64,000 nucleotides of DNA, from assembly GCA_965261395.1 (NCBI GenBank), contig OZ253462.1, positions 3,456,001 through 3,520,000 of the forward strand, read 5' to 3'. The DNA comes from Candidatus Latescibacterota bacterium (lineage in GTDB: Bacteria; Latescibacterota; UBA2968; UBA8231). Shown here piece by piece: positions 59,532 through 64,000 of this stretch. The position numbers and the translations under genes are program-made. Within the stretch, counting starts at the first letter, position 1; each line of letters begins with the position of its first letter. A model generated the notes under the pieces. That model saw only the letters and a program-made list of their open reading frames with translations. It ran no database searches and was not told the origin of the DNA.

Positions 59532-60512
59532 TCATTCCTTATATAGTTTTGGGTACCGCTTGAAGATAGGTGTCCACGGATTCCCATCAGATCCCTCACT
59601 CCAGATAATTGGCAGTGTGTTGTCTGGTGTATTATGTTGAAACCCAAGCAACAATTGGCAGTTGCCGTAACCAATCGGTGCATTCGGCTCAAGAGTATGA
59701 CCATATCTAAGGCACATCTGTTCAGCAAACTGCGCGTTGATATTGTTTGGCCAAGGCGAAGGAAAGTAGCGCGAGGAAGAAGAAAAACAACGAAAACTAT
59801 CATCGAGTTCGAATACACATCGAACTACGTCGAATTTCGTGTTATTACGGATGACATCCATACCTGTTGAAGTCGCACACAATACAAAGTACGAGATCTT
59901 GATATCTGGATTACACCTCTTGATTTCTTCGACAATGTCGGCTGAATAAACCTCGGCTTGATGTCCAGAGCCACAAAAATCATCTATAAAAACATAACGA
60001 TCAACATTTGGATTGCGAAACTTTAGCGTACTTACACAATGGTCGCTCCGATTAAAGATCATGGATTTGTTTTCGAATATATCGTTACTATGGATGAAGT
60101 GACTTTCGGGTAAGCTGTTTTCCTGTCGAAAATAGTATAGCAAATGAGGTCCACTTTCAGATGGACTTCCAACTCCAAGAAAAAGAGTTCTATTAAGAGT
60201 CTCTCGAAATTTTTGATTAATGAATTCAAGGTCAGTCGTGTGTCCGTTTTCCTCTCGAATCTGCTCAACAAGTGGGTATTTATAAAGATCGCGGAAAAGC
60301 ACTCGCATGAGTTCACGCATTTGGCGACTGCCGAAGTACATAAACTGCGATAGTAAATAGAGGGCGTGCAATTTGCACTCGTCTTCCGTCCCATTCGCCG
60401 GAGTGCTAAAATTGGCCAGCCAGTCTTCGATTTGTGGCTGCCTAGCTTCACGATCCCATATCGTCTCACTGAAAATCTTGATCTTGGTAAATAACTTATC
60501 TGAAAGAGACAT
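59532..60512 (-). CDS. Phosphoribosyltransferase-like protein (conflict-system PRTase-CE type)
   Basis: PRPP-loop-like 'YVFIDDFCGSGHQ'; 'SESG...Y.FRQ.N'; C-terminal 'PIGYGNCQLLLGFQHNTPDNTLPIIW...W.PIF.R'. Confidence 0.78.
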   Translation of the reverse strand: MSLSDKLFTKIKIFSETIWDREARQPQIEDWLANFSTPANGTEDECKLHALYLLSQFMYFGSRQMRELMRVLFRDLYKYPLVEQIREENGHTTDLEFINQKFRETLNRTLFLGVGSPSESGPHLLYYFRQENSLPESHFIHSNDIFENKSMIFNRSDHCVSTLKFRNPNVDRYVFIDDFCGSGHQAEVYSADIVEEIKRCNPDIKISYFVLCATSTGMDVIRNNTKFDVVRCVFELDDSFRCFSSSSRYFPSPWPNNINAQFAEQMCLRYGHTLEPNAPIGYGNCQLLLGFQHNTPDNTLPIIWSEGSDGNPWTPIFKRYPKLYKE

Positions 60513-60526
60513 ACACTATTGCCCTT

Positions 60527-61897
60527 TTAATCTTTCACAAAAACGAGTACCCATTCTCGAGTAATCATGCCTGCAGTTTCGTTGCGCTTAGTCATGAGGC
60601 CGCGTGAGCGGATGTTGTCAATCATTCGCAAGACAGTTCGAAAACCTGTTTCCTCTGCTATCATTCGCAAGTAGTGTTGTGTTTTAAACTCACGTCCACA
60701 GATTTGATTGTTCGCCACAACCAGCACAAAATACCCACCAACCTTCAAGCTTCGCCACACTTCTTCGATTGATTCACGCATTTCGCGGAGATACGTCGAG
60801 GCAATCGTGGCACGAATCGGGTTCTCACTGTGAATGTCCATGAGGAATCTATCAGCAGCGCGAAGGCCTGTTTGGGAAAACGTAGCGTAATCAGATTTCC
60901 GAACTTCTTCTCGCCCAATCGTTTCAATCTTGTATTTGCGTAGCTCGTTTGATCTGCAGAGTCCGAGCCATCCCAAGCTAAGGCAAGATGACCGAATATA
61001 CTTTTGGGCACCCGGATAGGGAGGGGATGTAATAACGAGCTGCACTTGGCCAGTGGGGGGCTTTCCATTTGACGGAGATGTAGTGTCGCTGTATCCAAAG
61101 CTTCGTGCGTCGGATGACACTATTTTTGCAGTCGGTAGTTCGTCCGTAAATGGCTCGATAGATGCGATCCGTCTTCGATTCGAGTTTAGGATTTCTTTGA
61201 AAATGGTAATGACGTTTATACGTCGAAGACGGCGTATGTGAGCATCCGTCTTCTCGCGAAGGTTGTGGCCTTCTGGATACTGTCCTGGCCGCAATTTCAC
61301 CGGCACGGAGAGACGCGGATCGGAGAGACTGACTCTCTTGACGCAGCTAGAGAAACACACTCGGAAGAAATCGCGTATCTTCTCTTGGCTCGTCGCTTCA
61401 ATTGCCTCGTACAGACATTGAAGCTGACGAATAACGTGAGGGTAAAACCAGTATGCCAAGTTAACTACATCTGGAGTGCCGTTTTGGGATTCTTTAGGAA
61501 TGCGGTCCAGAAGATGGTCAGTAGCTGAATCCAAGGTCAGCACTGGGACTGGTGAGGTCTTGACGGTGGTGAGCAGTTGAGCAAGTGGGTTAGAGTCGGC
61601 ACCTATTGCGCGTCGCCTAGCTAGTTGTGCCTCCAGCAGTACGGTACCAGAACCGCAAAAAGGGTCAGCAACGACGTCCCCTTGTCGAGAGAGAATCGAA
61701 TTGGCCAAGAAGAAAAACGGGATGTGCATTAGCAATTTCGCCGGATAGGGGTGGAGCAAATGCGTTGCACGCTCGGCGGTTGGAAGGCAAGACACGAGAC
61801 GACGAAAGTCGACCGGCACTGCGCGCCCTGTCCTCTCATAGCGCTCTAGCAAGCGTTCTAATGCAGCGTCTGTGGGATATGTGTCGTAGTTGAACAT
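60527..61897 (-). CDS. Amino-DNA methyltransferase, probably N4-cytosine (alpha motif order)
   Basis: 'HPYPAK'; motif I 'DPFCGSGT'; 'DSNP'; motif IV 'ITSPPY'; 'LKVGG'. Confidence 0.88.
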   Translation of the reverse strand: MFNYDTYPTDAALERLLERYERTGRAVPVDFRRLVSCLPTAERATHLLHPYPAKLLMHIPFFFLANSILSRQGDVVADPFCGSGTVLLEAQLARRRAIGADSNPLAQLLTTVKTSPVPVLTLDSATDHLLDRIPKESQNGTPDVVNLAYWFYPHVIRQLQCLYEAIEATSQEKIRDFFRVCFSSCVKRVSLSDPRLSVPVKLRPGQYPEGHNLREKTDAHIRRLRRINVITIFKEILNSNRRRIASIEPFTDELPTAKIVSSDARSFGYSDTTSPSNGKPPTGQVQLVITSPPYPGAQKYIRSSCLSLGWLGLCRSNELRKYKIETIGREEVRKSDYATFSQTGLRAADRFLMDIHSENPIRATIASTYLREMRESIEEVWRSLKVGGYFVLVVANNQICGREFKTQHYLRMIAEETGFRTVLRMIDNIRSRGLMTKRNETAGMITREWVLVFVKD

Positions 61898-62153
61898 GAA
61901 CGACGGTGCTAGTGTCCTGTCTCAGAGATAATTTGGATCCATAGTCTGCAGCGGCAATTTGATACGGTTCTTTCACTAAAGTAAAGAAATTGGTCCGTCG
62001 AATTAAGTGGTTTGCAGACCGCTATGACGAAAAAGGCTCGCACTTACGATATTGAGCACTCGGCAGGCTCGCAGCCTTGAGCAGCATCTTGAGGGCATGA
62101 TCCAATATTCTGGATGAGCAACACTATATAGAATCTTCACGTAATGGTCAACA

Positions 62154-62248
62154 TCAAGCGCCACCAGCGTCGGTGAGCAGGTCGATAACAGCCGCGAGCC
62201 GATCCTTGTCTTTCACCTTGGAGCGCAATGCGGTTGCCAGCGGCGTCG
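62154..62248 (-). repeat. 95-bp direct repeat of the ankyrin gene 3' end (63552-63646)
   Basis: About 10 mismatches; TPLATALRSKVKDKDRLAAVIDLLTDAGGA* versus ...AAVIGLLTDAGGV*. Confidence 0.93.
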
Positions 62249-62250
62249 GC

Positions 62251-63411
62251 TTATGGTAATTCGGTACCCTCGCCGAGAATGGCAAGATATTGATCATAGC
62301 CGAAAAGCCGGTTCCGCTTCTTGCCCGTCAATTCGCGCGCTACTCCGACCCGTTCGAGTATCTGCATCCCGGTGGTAACCGCGGGGACCGAGAGTTCAGT
62401 GCGCTTGGCAAGTTCTTGGATCGATGCAATCGGGTGCTCCTGCAAAGCTTGGTGGACGCGCAGCGCCGACCCCGCCGCACGACCTGTCTGTTGTATCTTT
62501 GCTTGGTCTTCCTGAAACAGAGCGAGCAGCCGCTGTGCGGTCGAGACGGCCCCCTCCGCGGTCTGCGTCACGCCGTCGAGAAAGAACGCGAGCCACGCTT
62601 CCCAGTCACCGTCTTTCCGCACAGTATTGAGGAGTTCGTAATAGCTCTCTCGGTGTTGTTTGAAGTAGAGGCTCAAATACAGCAGCGGCTCGCGCAGCAC
62701 TCCGTCGTGACACAGCAGGAACGTGATCAGCAGGCGGCCGACCCGTCCGTTACCGTCGAGGAAGGGATGGATGGTCTCGAATTGGACATGGGCGAGTCCT
62801 GCCCGCAGGAGGGCGGGCAATCCGCAAGCCTCGGTATGGAGAAATCGCTCCAGATCCGACATGCACTCTGCAACAGCGTGTGCCGGCGCGGGCACGAAGC
62901 GCGCCGTTCCGGGCCGGCTGCCGCCAATCCAGTTTTGTGAGCGCCGGAATTCACCTGGGGTTTTGTCGCTGCCGCGACCTCGTGCGAGCAACTCGGCATG
63001 GATCTCGCGGATGAGGCGATTGCAGAGCGGGAATCCCTCGCGTATCCGGCGCAATCCATGTTCTAGTGCCGCCACATAATTCGAGACCTCGACAACATCG
63101 TCGAGGGGGGTACCTGGCATCTCCTCTAGTTCGAACAACAGAAGATCCGACAGTGAGGACTGGGTACCCTCGATCTGGGAGGACAGCACAGCCTCTTTGC
63201 GGACATAGGTGTAAAGGAACAGGTGAGCGTCGGGCAGCAACACGGAGAGACTGTCCAACCGGCCCAGCGCCAGCAATGCCTTCTCTAGGGGACCCTGCAG
63301 AGCTATCAGATCCAGTGCAGGCACGGGCGGAAGCGGCGCAGGTACGAAAGCTCGCACCGTCTCATCGCCAACGATTGTGGTCTCGTATTGGCCGGTTTCG
63401 CCGCGTCTCAC
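62251..63411 (-). CDS. Fic-family protein (Fic_N + Fic + wHTH)
   Basis: 'EAVLSSQIEGT' and canonical 'HPFLDGNGRVGR'; C-terminal HTH ending in 'TGKKRNRLF'. Confidence 0.93.
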   Translation of the reverse strand: MRRGETGQYETTIVGDETVRAFVPAPLPPVPALDLIALQGPLEKALLALGRLDSLSVLLPDAHLFLYTYVRKEAVLSSQIEGTQSSLSDLLLFELEEMPGTPLDDVVEVSNYVAALEHGLRRIREGFPLCNRLIREIHAELLARGRGSDKTPGEFRRSQNWIGGSRPGTARFVPAPAHAVAECMSDLERFLHTEACGLPALLRAGLAHVQFETIHPFLDGNGRVGRLLITFLLCHDGVLREPLLYLSLYFKQHRESYYELLNTVRKDGDWEAWLAFFLDGVTQTAEGAVSTAQRLLALFQEDQAKIQQTGRAAGSALRVHQALQEHPIASIQELAKRTELSVPAVTTGMQILERVGVARELTGKKRNRLFGYDQYLAILGEGTELP

Positions 63412-63551
63412 GGAGAGGTTTCCTTATTAAGCACAACGTAATAAGCCGTATTGTTATTAATATTTAACGCTAAAGTATTAATAAGAACTATCGAATGCAA
63501 GGAATGAGCGTCAGCAATGGTGCAGGCTATCCATGTTCCCTTAGCTGAAGC

Positions 63552-63998
63552 TCAAACGCCACCAGCGTCGGTGAGCAGGCCGATGACAGCCGCGAGCCGA
63601 TCCTTGTCTTTCACCTTTGAACGCAACGCAGTCGCCAACGGCGTTGCGCCCTTGTCGTCTTTGGCGTTCACATCGGCCCCTCGGTCGAGCAGCAAGGCGA
63701 CGATTTGGTCAAATCCCGCTTTGGCGGCGCAGTGCAAGGCCGTTTGGCCCTTGTGGTTCCTGACATTGACGTCGGCCCCGCAGTCGAGCAACTCGCGCAC
63801 GCGCTGGACATTGCCGCCGCGGTCGCCGCGCGACTGGAAGACAAGGGGCGGCCAGCCGCCCTCGGCGTGGTCCACATCCACTGCGACGCCGTGAGCGGTC
63901 AACAATTCGATGATCTCAGTATTGACGATGCCGGAACGAGGGGCCTCGGCGTGGGTTGGATCGGCCCCGGCGTCGAGCAGGGCCTTGAGGATATCGGC
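63552..63998 (-). CDS. Ankyrin-repeat protein, 5'-truncated by window edge
   Basis: 'GQTALHCAAKAG...LLDRGADVNAKDDKGATPL'; frame open to the window end. Confidence 0.92.
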   Translation of the reverse strand, partial: ADILKALLDAGADPTHAEAPRSGIVNTEIIELLTAHGVAVDVDHAEGGWPPLVFQSRGDRGGNVQRVRELLDCGADVNVRNHKGQTALHCAAKAGFDQIVALLLDRGADVNAKDDKGATPLATALRSKVKDKDRLAAVIGLLTDAGGV

Positions 63999-64000
63999 GC

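Overview
High-GC bacterial chromosome segment. The gene content suggests a Latescibacterota/Gemmatimonadota/Poribacteria-like organism, possibly sponge-associated (inference only): four PhyH dioxygenases, three Gfo/Idh/MocA oxidoreductases, secreted WD40, LRR and ankyrin repeat proteins, and FlgD-Ig/'NYPNPFN' C-terminal domains. A core block (rsmB-PASTA-rpe-ffh-rpsP-rimM-trmD-rplS; recJ; apgM; ybbAP/tesA) is interrupted by visibly lower-GC accessory regions. (1) 0.5-10.7 kb is a defence island with a PD-(D/E)xK nuclease, a fused type IIG/ISP-like restriction-methylase, a nuclease-NACHT-helical-repeat protein and toxin-antitoxin debris. (2) 41.7-52 kb is a hotspot with Doc/AbrB, WD40, MBL hydrolase and transglutaminase-like genes. 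(3) 55.5-61.9 kb is a tightly coupled five-gene operon: SPPY-type DNA methyltransferase, PRTase-like protein, ORC/CDC6-like P-loop ATPase, CARF-like unknown protein and ThyX. This operon has no recognisable nuclease and is the best candidate for an uncharacterised defence or DNA-modification system. A second pattern is that several cargo genes are bracketed by diverged duplicates of the 3' (or 5') end of a neighbouring gene, mostly with synonymous changes and starting at or near the cargo stop codon, although no integrase or transposase lies in the window. I recognised no rRNA, tRNA or CRISPR array. All family calls come from motif recognition by eye; no database search was run.
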